A stretch of DNA of 64,000 bases, from contig JAISTV010000017.1 of the NCBI GenBank assembly GCA_031272485.1, forward strand, positions 4,385 through 68,384, written 5' to 3'. Under the pieces are notes generated by a model. The model was not told where the DNA came from, ran no database searches, and was given only the letters and a program-made list of their open reading frames with translations. Below are positions 1 to 9,384 of the stretch, piece by piece (position 1 is the stretch's first letter; every line of letters begins with the position of its first letter). The position numbers and the translations under genes were made by a program. The stretch comes from Eubacteriales Family XIII. Incertae Sedis bacterium. Its GTDB lineage: Bacteria > Bacillota > Clostridia > Peptostreptococcales > Anaerovoracaceae.

Positions 1-1386
1 CCGGCCGCCTGCTTCCTGAAGCTCAAGCGGCTGAGCCGCCAGTGCTTCATATTGGAGAGCATGGAGGATGAGCAGGACACGGGGCGCTACACGTTCCTGG
101 GTTACGACCCGAAGACGGAGATTACGTGCAAGGACGGCGTGCTCCGGATTAGCGGCGGGGCGGACTTTGAAATCCAGACGCAGGATCCGGCGTCCTACAT
201 ACGCAAGTTCCTGCACGACAACCGCAGCCCGCGGGCGGATGGCCTGCCGCCGTTTACGGGCGGACTTGTGGGCTACTTCGCTTACGACTACGTGCGCTAC
301 GCGGAGCCCACCATCCAGCTGGGCGAAGAGGACGTGGAAGGCTTCCGCGACGTGGACCTCATGCTCTTCGACAAGGTGGTGGCTTTCGACCGGCTCGAGA
401 AGCAGGTGTACCTGATAGCGAACATCCGCACGGACGCGCTGGAGGAGAACTACAACCGCGCCACGGCGGAGCTGGGGATGCTTGCGGAAATCCTGAAAAA
501 CGGGGAGAGCGTCGAGCCGCCCAAGCTCAAACTCACGTCGGAGTTCCGCCCGCTGTTCGGGCCTGGGCAGTACGGCACCATGGTGCGCACGGCCAAACGG
601 CACATAGTGGACGGCGATATCTTTCAGGTGGTCTTAAGCAACCGCCTCGAGTGTGACGCGGAGGGCAGCCTCTTTGAGACGTATGAGTACATGCGCCGCG
701 ACAACCCCTCGCCCTACATGTTCTACTTCAGCAGCGACGACATAGAGATAGCGGGCGCGGCGCCGGAGACGCTGGTGAAGCTGCGGGGCAGCACGCTGGA
801 GACATTTCCGCTCGCGGGAACGCGCGGGCGCGGCGCCACGCCGGAAGAGGACGCGGCGCTGGAAGCGGACCTGCTTTCCGACCCCAAGGAACTGGCGGAG
901 CACAACATGCTCGTGGATCTGGGCAGAAACGACATAGGCCGCATAAGCAAGTTCGGCACCGTGCATGTGCCCAAGTATATGGAGGTGCCGCGCTTCTCGC
1001 ACGTTATGCACATAGGGTCCACCGTGCAGGGGACCATACGCGACGAGTGTGACGCGATAGATGCCATCGGGGCCCTGCTCCCGGCCGGAACGCTGTCCGG
1101 AGCGCCCAAGATACGCGCGTGCCAAATCATTGGCGCCTTGGAGAAAAAGCGGCGGGGCATATACGGCGGCGCGGTGGGATACCTGGCCCTGAACGGGGAC
1201 ATGGATACGTGCATAGCCATACGCATAGCGTACAAGAAGAACGGGCGCGTGTTCATCCGGTCGGGCGCGGGGATTGTGGCGGACAGCGTGCCGGAGAAGG
1301 AATACGAGGAGTGCCAGAAGAAGCTGGGCGCGGTGGTCAAGGCGCTCATGGACGCTTCGGGCGCGCAGGAAGGAGGGGCGAAATGA
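1..1386 (+). CDS. trpE: anthranilate synthase component I (5' end truncated by window edge)
   Basis: Frame 1 is open from nt 1 (..CFILESMEDEQ..), so the listed M at 52 is internal. Chorismate-binding family motifs are present (GAVGYL, IRSGAGIVADS). The stop overlaps the trpG start (ATGA at 1383-1386). Confidence 0.93.
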   Translation, partial: PAACFLKLKRLSRQCFILESMEDEQDTGRYTFLGYDPKTEITCKDGVLRISGGADFEIQTQDPASYIRKFLHDNRSPRADGLPPFTGGLVGYFAYDYVRYAEPTIQLGEEDVEGFRDVDLMLFDKVVAFDRLEKQVYLIANIRTDALEENYNRATAELGMLAEILKNGESVEPPKLKLTSEFRPLFGPGQYGTMVRTAKRHIVDGDIFQVVLSNRLECDAEGSLFETYEYMRRDNPSPYMFYFSSDDIEIAGAAPETLVKLRGSTLETFPLAGTRGRGATPEEDAALEADLLSDPKELAEHNMLVDLGRNDIGRISKFGTVHVPKYMEVPRFSHVMHIGSTVQGTIRDECDAIDAIGALLPAGTLSGAPKIRACQIIGALEKKRRGIYGGAVGYLALNGDMDTCIAIRIAYKKNGRVFIRSGAGIVADSVPEKEYEECQKKLGAVVKALMDASGAQEGGAK

Positions 1387-2033
1387 TTCTGCTTGTGGAC
1401 AATTACGACAGCTTTTCGTACAACCTGTATCAGCAGATAGGGAGCATTCTGCAGGCGTTTTCCGAGGAGGACGGACGCAAGGCGGACGCGGCGCCGGAGC
1501 CCATTCGGGTTATCCGGAACGACGACCTTACGGCGGCGCAGATCGTGGCGCTTTCGCCGTCGCGGATTGTGCTCTCGCCGGGACCGGGCGCGCCGGCGGA
1601 CGCGGGCGTGTGCATAGACCTGATCAAGTGGGCGGCCGGGCGCATACCCATCTTCGGCGTGTGTCTGGGGCATCAGGCCATCTGCGAGGCGTTCGGGGCT
1701 ACGGTCTCTTATGCCAAGGAGCTCATGCACGGCAAGACGTCCGTTGCGAAGATAGACACGAGCTCGCCGGTGTTCCGCGGGCTGCCGGCGGAGATTACGG
1801 TGGGGCGGTACCACTCGCTGGCGGCGCTCGAGGAGACCATGCCTGAAACGCTTAAGGTCACGGCGCGCACGGACGACGGCGAGATTATGGCGGTGGAGCA
1901 CACGGACTATCGTATTTACGGCGTACAGTTTCATCCGGAGTCCATCCTGACGCCGGAGGGGGGACGCATTATGCGCAACTTCCTCACAGAGGAACGGCCG
2001 ATAGAGATTCAGGCATGCCCGGCATGCAATTAG
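1383..2033 (+). CDS. trpG: anthranilate synthase component II (glutamine amidotransferase)
   Basis: Starts MILLVDNYDSFSYNLYQ; class-I GATase motifs GVCLGHQ and VQFHPES. The ATG at 1383 overlaps the trpE stop; the upstream part of the listed ORF (1119) is the out-of-frame trpE region. Confidence 0.93.
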   Translation: MILLVDNYDSFSYNLYQQIGSILQAFSEEDGRKADAAPEPIRVIRNDDLTAAQIVALSPSRIVLSPGPGAPADAGVCIDLIKWAAGRIPIFGVCLGHQAICEAFGATVSYAKELMHGKTSVAKIDTSSPVFRGLPAEITVGRYHSLAALEETMPETLKVTARTDDGEIMAVEHTDYRIYGVQFHPESILTPEGGRIMRNFLTEERPIEIQACPACN

Positions 2034-2053
2034 TTTAAGGAGGTAAAAGAAAG

Positions 2054-3061
2054 ATGATTAAAGAAGCAATTCAGCAAGTGGCGGCGCGCGAGGACATAGG
2101 TTACGAGGCGGCGCAGCAGGTCATGGACGAGATTATGAGCGGGCAGGCGAGCGACATTCAGATGGCCGCCTACCTCACGGCCATGAGCGTGAAGGGGGAG
2201 ACCATAGAAGAGATTACGGGCTCGGCCGAGGGCATGCGCCGGCACTGCATCCGGCTGCTGAACGACATGGACGTGCTGGAGATCGTGGGGACGGGTGGCG
2301 ACCACAGCAACTCGTTTAACATATCCACCACCTCTTCGCTCGTCATTTCCGCGGCGGGGATTCCGGTGGCCAAGCACGGCAACCGCGCGGCCACGAGCAA
2401 GTCCGGCGCGGCGGATGTGCTGGAGGCGCTGGGCGTGAACATAACCATTCCGCCGGAGAAGAGCCTCGAGCTGCTCAAGGAAATCGGCCTTTGCTTTTTG
2501 TTCGCGCAGAACTATCATATAGCCATGAAGTATGTGGCGCCGGTGCGCAAGGAGCTGGCCATCCGCACGATCTTCAACATCCTCGGTCCGCTCGTCAACC
2601 CGGCCGGCGCGAGCCGCCAGCTGCTGGGCGTTTACGAGGAGGATCTGGTGGAGCCCATGGCCAAAGTCCTGTGCAACCTGGGCGTGAAGAACGCGTACGT
2701 GGTCTATGGGCAGGACGGCCTGGACGAGATTTCGGCGAGCGCGGCGACGAGCGTGTGCGAGGTGCGTGACGGGTTTATCCGCACGTTTGAGATTACGCCG
2801 GAGCAGTTTGGCCTCACGCGCTGCAGCAAGGAGGACCTCGTGGGCGGCACGCCGGCGGACAACGCCAGGATTACGCGCTCGGTGCTCGCGGGGGAGAAGG
2901 GGCCGCAGCGCGACGCGGTGCTGCTGAACTCGGCGGCGGCCATCCACATAGGCAGGCCGGAGGTTTCGCTCGAGGAGGCCATGGAGATTGCTGCGGAGGT
3001 CATTGACAGCGGAAAGGCGGCGGAGCAGCTTGCGAAGTTTGTGGAGCTCTCCAACAAGTAG
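2054..3061 (+). CDS. trpD: anthranilate phosphoribosyltransferase
   Basis: GTGGD and KHGNRA motifs; AGGAGG-like RBS (taaggaggtaaaagaaag) ahead of the ATG. Confidence 0.93.
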   Translation: MIKEAIQQVAAREDIGYEAAQQVMDEIMSGQASDIQMAAYLTAMSVKGETIEEITGSAEGMRRHCIRLLNDMDVLEIVGTGGDHSNSFNISTTSSLVISAAGIPVAKHGNRAATSKSGAADVLEALGVNITIPPEKSLELLKEIGLCFLFAQNYHIAMKYVAPVRKELAIRTIFNILGPLVNPAGASRQLLGVYEEDLVEPMAKVLCNLGVKNAYVVYGQDGLDEISASAATSVCEVRDGFIRTFEITPEQFGLTRCSKEDLVGGTPADNARITRSVLAGEKGPQRDAVLLNSAAAIHIGRPEVSLEEAMEIAAEVIDSGKAAEQLAKFVELSNK

Positions 3062-3850
3062 GTGGACATGAACATCTTAGAGGAACTGGCGGGCGCGGCG
3101 CGCGTCCGCGTTAAGGAAGCGAAGCAGCGTGTTTCTGCGGCAACAGTTCAGTCGCAGGCGTCGTCGCTCGCGGCGGACACCGGCTTTCCGTTTGAGGCGG
3201 CGCTGGGCGGCGCGGGGCTCTCGTTTATCTGCGAGGTCAAGAAGGCCTCGCCGAGCAAGGGGCTCATAGCGCCGGATTTTCCGTACGTAGAGATAGCGCG
3301 GGAGTACGAGGCGGCGGGGGCGGACGCGGTGTCCGTGCTCACGGAGCCCACGCGCTTTCTGGGCGAGGACGCGTTCCTCGCGGAGATTTCCGCGGCGGTG
3401 AGTCTGCCGACACTCCGCAAGGATTTTGTAGTGGACAGCTATCAGATTTACGAGGCGAAGCTGCTGGGGGCTTCGGCGGTGCTGCTTATCTGCGCGCTGC
3501 TGGGCGAGGCGGAGCTCGCGTCATTCATCCGCATAGCGGACGGCCTGGGGCTCTCGTGTCTGGTCGAGGCGCACAGCGCGGAGGAGACCCGGGCGGCGCT
3601 CGCGGCGGGCGCGCGCGTGGTGGGTGTCAACCACCGGGACTTGACAACGTTCAGCATGGATCTGGGGCTCTCCGAGCGGCTGCGGCCTCTGGTGCCGCCG
3701 GGCGTGCTGTTTGTGGCGGAGTCCGGAATCAGCGGGCCCGGGGATACGCGCCGCATGAAGGCCATAGGCGCGGACGCGGTGCTCGTGGGCGAGAGCTTTA
3801 TGCGCGCGGCGGATAAGGCGGCGCTGCTCCGGGAGCTTAAGGATGTCTAA
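3062..3850 (+). CDS. trpC: indole-3-glycerol phosphate synthase
   Basis: FICEVKKASPSKG and LRKDF motifs. Start is GTG 3062 or ATG 3068. Confidence 0.9.
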   Translation: MDMNILEELAGAARVRVKEAKQRVSAATVQSQASSLAADTGFPFEAALGGAGLSFICEVKKASPSKGLIAPDFPYVEIAREYEAAGADAVSVLTEPTRFLGEDAFLAEISAAVSLPTLRKDFVVDSYQIYEAKLLGASAVLLICALLGEAELASFIRIADGLGLSCLVEAHSAEETRAALAAGARVVGVNHRDLTTFSMDLGLSERLRPLVPPGVLFVAESGISGPGDTRRMKAIGADAVLVGESFMRAADKAALLRELKDV

Positions 3851-4547
3851 GATTAAGATTTGCGGGCTGTTTCGGGCCGAGGACGCGCAGGCGGTAAACG
3901 CGGCCATGCCGGACTACGCGGGGTTTATCTTCGTGCCGGAGAGCCGCCGGTTCGTGCCGGAGGAGAAGGCAGCCGCGCTGCGCGAGGCCATAGACATACG
4001 GATTCCGACGGTGGGCGTTTTTCGAAACGCCTCCCTGCAGGCCATAGAGCGGCTGTACCTGTCCGGCGTCATATCGGTGGTGCAGCTGCACGGGACGGAG
4101 GACGCGGTCTACATGACGGCGCTTAAGCAGCGGCTGGGCGCGCACGTGCCCCTCATCAAAGCGGCTCGGGTTACGGAAGCGGGCGTGGACTTTCGCGGGT
4201 GCCACCCCTTGCGCGCGGAGGCGGTAAACGCGGGCGTGCCGGAGCGGCCGCAGCCCTGCCCGGCGGACTACCTGCTCTACGACAACGGCACGGGCGGCAC
4301 GGGCGAGCGGTTCGACCTTTCGGTCCTTGCGCGCGCGAAGAAAAAGGGCAGACTGCCGGATAAGCCATACTTTATAGCCGGCGGGGTGAGCCTGGAGAAT
4401 CTGCATGATATACTGTTGCAGCGGCCGTACGGCGTGGACGTGAGCAGCGGCGCGGAGACGGACGGCGTGAAGGACGCGGCGAAAATCCTCGCCATAGTCA
4501 AGGCGGTTCGCAGCAAGACATTGTCAAGGAAAGAGGAAGCGGAATGA
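3843..4547 (+). CDS. trpF: phosphoribosylanthranilate isomerase
   Basis: [21 protein letters not shown] pattern. Overlaps the trpC stop and the trpB start (translationally coupled). Confidence 0.9.
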   Translation: MSKIKICGLFRAEDAQAVNAAMPDYAGFIFVPESRRFVPEEKAAALREAIDIRIPTVGVFRNASLQAIERLYLSGVISVVQLHGTEDAVYMTALKQRLGAHVPLIKAARVTEAGVDFRGCHPLRAEAVNAGVPERPQPCPADYLLYDNGTGGTGERFDLSVLARAKKKGRLPDKPYFIAGGVSLENLHDILLQRPYGVDVSSGAETDGVKDAAKILAIVKAVRSKTLSRKEEAE

Positions 4548-5725
4548 AGGATCGATTCGGGCCGTACGGCGGCCGGTTTATACCCGAGACGCTCATGAGT
4601 GCGGTGCTCGAACTGGAGCAGGCGTATGCGCACTACAAGGAGGATCCGGCGTTTAACGCGGAGCTCACGGAGCTCCTGACAAACTACGCGGGGCGCCCGT
4701 CGTCGCTGTACTACGCGGAGAAGATGACGCGGGATCTGGGCGGCGCGCGGATTTGGCTCAAGCGCGAGGACCTGAACCACACGGGCTCGCACAAGATAAA
4801 CAACGTGCTGGGGCAGGTGCTGCTCGCCAAAAAGATGGGCAAGACGCGCGTGATTGCGGAGACGGGCGCGGGGCAGCACGGGGTGGCCACGGCCACGGCG
4901 GCGGCGCTCATGGACATGGAATGCGAGGTGTTCATGGGCAAGGAAGACACGGAGCGGCAGGCGCTGAACGTCTTCCGCATGGAGCTGCTGGGCAGCAAGG
5001 TGAACGCGGTGACCTCGGGCACCATGACGCTCAAGGACGCGGTGAACGCGGCCATGCGCGAGTGGGTCAGCCGCATAGACGACACGCATTACGTGCTGGG
5101 TTCGGTCATGGGGCCGCACCCCTTCCCGACCATCGTGCGGGATTTTCAGGCGATCATAGGCCGGGAGATCAAGGCGCAAATGCTGGCGCAGGCGGGCAAG
5201 CTGCCGGACATCGTGGCGGCCTGCGTGGGCGGCGGCAGCAATGCCATGGGCACCTTCTTTGATTTCATAGAGGACACTTCCGTCAGGCTGATAGGCTGCG
5301 AGGCGGCGGGCGAGGGCGCGGACACGCCGCGGACGGCGGCCACCATAGCCACGGGCAGCGAGGGCGTGTTCCACGGCATGAAGTCGCTGTTCTGTCAGGA
5401 CGAGCAGGGGCAGATTGCGCCGGTGTACTCCATAAGCGCGGGGCTGGACTACCCGGGCATAGGGCCGGAGCACGCGTACCTGCACAGCATAGGGCGCGCG
5501 GAGTACGTGCCGGTCACGGACGAGGAATCCGTGGTGGCGTTTGAGTACCTCTCGCGCACGGAGGGGATTATCCCGGCGGTGGAGAGTGCGCACGCGGTGG
5601 CGTACGTCATGAAGATTGCGCCGGCGCTACCCGCGGACACGGACGTGGTCATCACGCTGTCCGGCCGCGGCGATAAGGATGTGGCGCAGATAGCCCGCTA
5701 CCGCGGGATCACGTTGGAGGAGTAG
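4544..5725 (+). CDS. trpB: tryptophan synthase beta chain
   Basis: [14 protein letters not shown]-lysine motif and GGGSNAMG. Confidence 0.95.
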   Translation: MKDRFGPYGGRFIPETLMSAVLELEQAYAHYKEDPAFNAELTELLTNYAGRPSSLYYAEKMTRDLGGARIWLKREDLNHTGSHKINNVLGQVLLAKKMGKTRVIAETGAGQHGVATATAAALMDMECEVFMGKEDTERQALNVFRMELLGSKVNAVTSGTMTLKDAVNAAMREWVSRIDDTHYVLGSVMGPHPFPTIVRDFQAIIGREIKAQMLAQAGKLPDIVAACVGGGSNAMGTFFDFIEDTSVRLIGCEAAGEGADTPRTAATIATGSEGVFHGMKSLFCQDEQGQIAPVYSISAGLDYPGIGPEHAYLHSIGRAEYVPVTDEESVVAFEYLSRTEGIIPAVESAHAVAYVMKIAPALPADTDVVITLSGRGDKDVAQIARYRGITLEE

Positions 5726-5727
5726 AT

Positions 5728-6504
5728 ATGAAGAGCATACGGGAGGCATTTGCGCCCGGCCGCAAGGCGCTGATTACGTTTATAACCGGCGGGGACCCGG
5801 ACATAGAGACGACGGAGAAGCTGGTGCTGGCCATGGCCGAGGAGGGCGCGGACATAGTGGAGATAGGCATTCCCTTCAGCGACCCCATAGCGGAGGGTCC
5901 GGTCATTCAGGACGCGGACGAGCGGGCGCTGGCGTCCGGCACGACGCTGGACTCCCTGCTGGCTTTGGCGGCGCGGCTGCGGGAGAAGACGGACATCCCG
6001 CTGCTGTTTATGACGTATCTGAATCCGGTGTACAAATACGGGATTGCGGCGTTTACGGCGCGCTGCGAGCAGGCGGGCATAGGCGGGCTGATTATTCCGG
6101 ATATGCCGTACGAGGAGGCGGGCGAGTTTCTCTCGCGGCGCGCCTCGGATAAGGTGGCGCTCATCTCCATGGTTACGCCCACGTCGGCGCGCCGCGCGGC
6201 GGAAATCGCTTCTAAGGCGGAAGGATTTCTCTACTGCGTTTCGAGCCTCGGCGTGACGGGCGTGCGCACCACGCTCGGCAGCGAGATAGGCGAGGTCATC
6301 GGGCAGGTCAAGGCGGGCTCGGACATTCCGTGCGCCGTGGGTTTCGGGGTTTCCACGCCGGAGCAGGCGGTGGCCATGGGCGCCATATCGGACGGCGTGA
6401 TTATCGGCAGCGCCATCGTGCGGATCGTGGCGCAGCACGGGCAGCAGAGCGAAGCGCCGGTGCGCGATTTCGTGCGGGGCGTACGGGCGGCGCTGGACGC
6501 TTAG
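5728..6504 (+). CDS. trpA: tryptophan synthase alpha chain
   Basis: GADIVEIGIPFSDPIAEGPVIQ motif; last gene of the trp operon. Confidence 0.93.
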   Translation: MKSIREAFAPGRKALITFITGGDPDIETTEKLVLAMAEEGADIVEIGIPFSDPIAEGPVIQDADERALASGTTLDSLLALAARLREKTDIPLLFMTYLNPVYKYGIAAFTARCEQAGIGGLIIPDMPYEEAGEFLSRRASDKVALISMVTPTSARRAAEIASKAEGFLYCVSSLGVTGVRTTLGSEIGEVIGQVKAGSDIPCAVGFGVSTPEQAVAMGAISDGVIIGSAIVRIVAQHGQQSEAPVRDFVRGVRAALDA

Positions 6505-6560
6505 GCGCGGCTGGGGCGCCGGGTGGACGGACGCGCAGGAAGCCCCTACTTCCATAGAAG

Positions 6561-6590
6561 AAAAAAAAGAACGGGAAACCGTTCTTTTTT
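6561..6590 (+). terminator. intrinsic terminator after trpA
   Basis: A-tract, stem GAACGG (6569-6574) / CCGTTC (6579-6584), GAAA loop, then T6 (6585-6590). Confidence 0.8.
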
Positions 6591-6731
6591 GAATTGTTCA
6601 TGTGTGAAACAAAAACGGCTGGGTATATATACTGCGTGCACGTCGGGGTAGGCGGCACACGGGTAGAACAAGAGATGAAAGTATAAGAGAGCTTGCGGGC
6701 GGACGGGCGCGCAAGACCGGGGAGGACAACA

Positions 6732-7244
6732 GTGAAGAGAAAAACGAAACATCGATACCGGACGCTGCTTCTGGTGGTTGGCCTGTTCTTTGCTATCTCG
6801 GCGGCATACACGGGATTTCGCGTTTTCGGGGCGGAAGAGCCCGCGCCGTTTTCGCTGATGGAAGAGAGCACGGCGTACGCGCTCCAGGCGGAGAAGGCGC
6901 CGGACAGCGCGCACAGCAAGACGGAAGTCTATTACGTGGAGGACCACTTCGGCACGTACCGCGGCACGGACGCGCCGCTCGCGGTGGTGAATGCGCCGGA
7001 GAAGCAATTCGTGGACCTGCTGTATAACGGGCGCGTGGTTTCGCCGGAGGTTTACACGACCTACGACATAGACGACAAGACGACCATCCGGCTGGACCCC
7101 ATGGGGCTGAGGAACTGCGTGTGCGGCATCTACTGCTTCACGGCGGAGTATGAGGACGGGCTGTCCGAGACCATCTGGCTTTCCATACCGGAGCCGGAGA
7201 CGGCGGCGAGCGAGCCGGTGGGGGCGGATCAAATAATAGGATAA
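6732..7244 (+). CDS. small N-terminally membrane-anchored protein, unknown function (paralog of 51906-52379)
   Basis: GGGGAGG RBS 6 nt before GTG 6732. Basic N-terminus plus one hydrophobic helix (LLLVVGLFFAISAAY). Shares HFGTY.GT and G.YCF.AE..DGLSETIWL..P blocks with the 51906 ORF. Confidence 0.7.
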   Translation: MKRKTKHRYRTLLLVVGLFFAISAAYTGFRVFGAEEPAPFSLMEESTAYALQAEKAPDSAHSKTEVYYVEDHFGTYRGTDAPLAVVNAPEKQFVDLLYNGRVVSPEVYTTYDIDDKTTIRLDPMGLRNCVCGIYCFTAEYEDGLSETIWLSIPEPETAASEPVGADQIIG

Positions 7245-7274
7245 TTTCTAACTGCTACTACTTAATTGGCAAAA

Positions 7275-7302
7275 GGGGCCTGCGGGAGACCGGGCCTTTT
7301 TT
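7275..7302 (+). terminator. intrinsic terminator
   Basis: Stem GGCCTG (7277-7282) / CGGGCC (7291-7296, one G-T wobble), 8-nt loop, followed by T6. Confidence 0.6.
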
Positions 7303-7395
7303 GTTGAAATTTCAACGGAAATCTGCGCGAAAAAATTTTTCGAAAAATGTTGATTAAAAGTGTTTAGATTAAAACGCGAAGGGTATATATGCGTT

Positions 7396-7640
7396 GAAAG
7401 TTGATAAGGGAGCTCAAGTAAACAGGCAAGTGAATAGGGCAGCAAGGAGGCAGTTGATACACAGGATTGTTGGAGCGCTGAGGTTAGGCTAAGGGATGCT
7501 AAGCAGCCATAACCATCGCTACGTTTCCTCCCCTCACACTTACGGATTCGTGGCGGTTCGTCCGTCAATCTTACCCCTCTTACAACCGGCGGACGCAGAT
7601 AATTGGGGCCGGGAAACACCCGGCCCTCCTCTTTATATTT
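7396..7640 (+). ncRNA. candidate structured small RNA (long imperfect hairpin, 6S-like architecture); identity unverified
   Basis: Sits alone between two convergent CDSs. Has a TGTTTA-17-TATATA promoter-like site (7361-7389). A ~187-nt hairpin domain has a closing helix 7400-7410 / 7574-7586. It ends with GGGCCGGG-aaaca-CCCGGCCC (7606-7626) plus a T-rich tail. Confidence 0.35.
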
Positions 7641-7655
7641 CGTTCATCAATCGTA

Positions 7656-9368
7656 TCAATCGTACTCGCAGATGTAGCCGATCTTCCCGGAGTAGTAGTC
7701 TGCGCCGGCGTCCAAGATGTTGTTCGGACAGTCGTTCCACACCCAGGCGCCGCGGGCGTTGTAGTAGAAGATGTCCAAGTAGTACTCGTCCAGGTTCAGC
7801 CTCTCGTCGCGGAAGCTCGGCTCGTTTTCCATCCACAGGTCGGCAACCCAGTAGGTGGAACTGTTAATCTCCTTGCCGTAGGTCTTGTTGTTTCCATCCA
7901 CCCAGTAGTACTTGTCGCTGCCCGCGTCGCGCCTGCCGCCGAGCCAGAAGAGCACGTTGTCATGCCCGCTCGCCTTAATCTGCTGGATTATGTACTCGTT
8001 CTCCGCCACGCTGTTGATGTGCGCGAGGTAGCCGCCCTTGGCCTGGCACTCCGCGAACGCTTCCTCCCAGGTAATGTCCTTGACCACGAACTCGTACCGG
8101 TGAATGGTCTGGTCCTCCACGAGCGTCTCGTCTATGGCCGGCCTGGGCACATAGTCGCGGTCCACGGCGTCAAAGAAGAACTTACTATTGCTGCTGCATG
8201 AGATGGAAAACCGCCGCGTCAGGGAAAGGTCGCCGTCCGCTGAGCAGGTGGTCCGGATGATAATCTGCTTCTGCTGCAGCTCGAGCACGTCGCCGTAAAT
8301 CTGTGCGAGCATGGACTCTATGCTGGTGCCGGAAACCTCGAAGAACTTTCCGCCGCAGTCTTCCGCGAGCCCTGATAGCTCCTGGCTGTCGTAGCTCGTG
8401 CCTATGCCTATGGTGTAGACCGGAATGCCCGTGTCCTGCGCAAGCTGCACCACCTCGTCGTAGCTCACGAAGCTGCTGTTCTCCATGCCGTCGGTAAACA
8501 CAATCACGCACTTGGCGCCGCTCTGCTGGTTGGTCTTCAGGATGCCCTGGTAGATGGCGTCGTACAGGGCGGTCTGTCCGTCCGGCTCGAGGCTGTCTAC
8601 CACGGCGTTGAGCGAGCTTATGTCGTTTGTGAAGTCCGCCCGGGAGTAGATCACGTCATCGAACGAGGTGATGGCAATGTTTTGTTTCTTGCCTGTGTCG
8701 AGCTCGCCGAGGAAGGTCTTCGCGGACGACTTGGCCTGAGTCATCAGGCCGTTATCCGCCATGCTGCCGCTCTGGTCCATGACGAGGTTCATGTAGATTT
8801 CCTCGTTCGCGGCGCTCTCGAGCAGTTCCTCCACGGTGAGGGTGTTTTCCGTGCCGTCGTCGAAGAATTCCTTGAGGAGTATGTCGCTCTTCTTAAGGCC
8901 GGAGGGCTTGTTGCCGTTCGCGTCCTCCACGGTTATGTAGATGCGGACTTCCGGAAAGTCGTGGGTGTCGACCTGGTTTACCTTGAGGGTGAGGGTGTCC
9001 TCGGCGGCGGTGGCAGAGGCGGCCGCGCGGCTTTCGGAGGCAGCATCTTCGCTGCCGCCGGGTTTCTTCAGGAAGACAAGGGCTACCACGAGAACCACGG
9101 TGATAAGGGCCACGCCGCCGCAGATGCCAAGGATCAGGGGGAGCTTGCTCTTTTTTGCCGGGGGTGCGGTGGTGAATGCCCCCGGGCCCGCCGGTGCGAA
9201 GGACTGTCCCGTTTGCGGCGGCACAGTCGGCTGTATTGGTGGCGGATTACCCTCATGCGGAACTGATGCGGCTGTTCCGCCCGAAGAGGCCGCCGCTATC
9301 GAACCGCCGCAAAACGGGCAGAACTTCACTCCTTCGCTTACTTCCTTTCCGCAGTTTCCGCAAAACAT
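7656..9368 (-). CDS. membrane protein: N-terminal zinc ribbon, Pro-rich linker, TM helix, vWA domain, C-terminal C-type lectin-like domain
   Basis: Zinc ribbon: CGNCG..CPFCG. TM helix: LILGICGGVALITVVLVVALVF. vWA MIDAS motif: DQSGSM. C-terminal lectin motifs: TWEEAFAECQAKGGYLAHINS, FWLGG, WVDG, ENEPS, WVWNDC..YICE. Confidence 0.85.
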   Translation of the reverse strand: MFCGNCGKEVSEGVKFCPFCGGSIAAASSGGTAASVPHEGNPPPIQPTVPPQTGQSFAPAGPGAFTTAPPAKKSKLPLILGICGGVALITVVLVVALVFLKKPGGSEDAASESRAAASATAAEDTLTLKVNQVDTHDFPEVRIYITVEDANGNKPSGLKKSDILLKEFFDDGTENTLTVEELLESAANEEIYMNLVMDQSGSMADNGLMTQAKSSAKTFLGELDTGKKQNIAITSFDDVIYSRADFTNDISSLNAVVDSLEPDGQTALYDAIYQGILKTNQQSGAKCVIVFTDGMENSSFVSYDEVVQLAQDTGIPVYTIGIGTSYDSQELSGLAEDCGGKFFEVSGTSIESMLAQIYGDVLELQQKQIIIRTTCSADGDLSLTRRFSISCSSNSKFFFDAVDRDYVPRPAIDETLVEDQTIHRYEFVVKDITWEEAFAECQAKGGYLAHINSVAENEYIIQQIKASGHDNVLFWLGGRRDAGSDKYYWVDGNNKTYGKEINSSTYWVADLWMENEPSFRDERLNLDEYYLDIFYYNARGAWVWNDCPNNILDAGADYYSGKIGYICEYD

Positions 9369-9384
9369 ATTTCCCCTCCTTATC

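Noticed and set aside
7250-7860. Diversity-generating retroelement idea: a C-type-lectin-fold C-terminus (a possible variable region) next to a 400-nt non-coding stretch (a possible template repeat).
   Set aside because: No reverse transcriptase or Avd-like gene is present in the window. I could find no segment in 7250-7655 resembling the 3' coding region 7656-7860. The lectin domain carries the canonical animal-type motifs, and I saw no other DGR hallmark.
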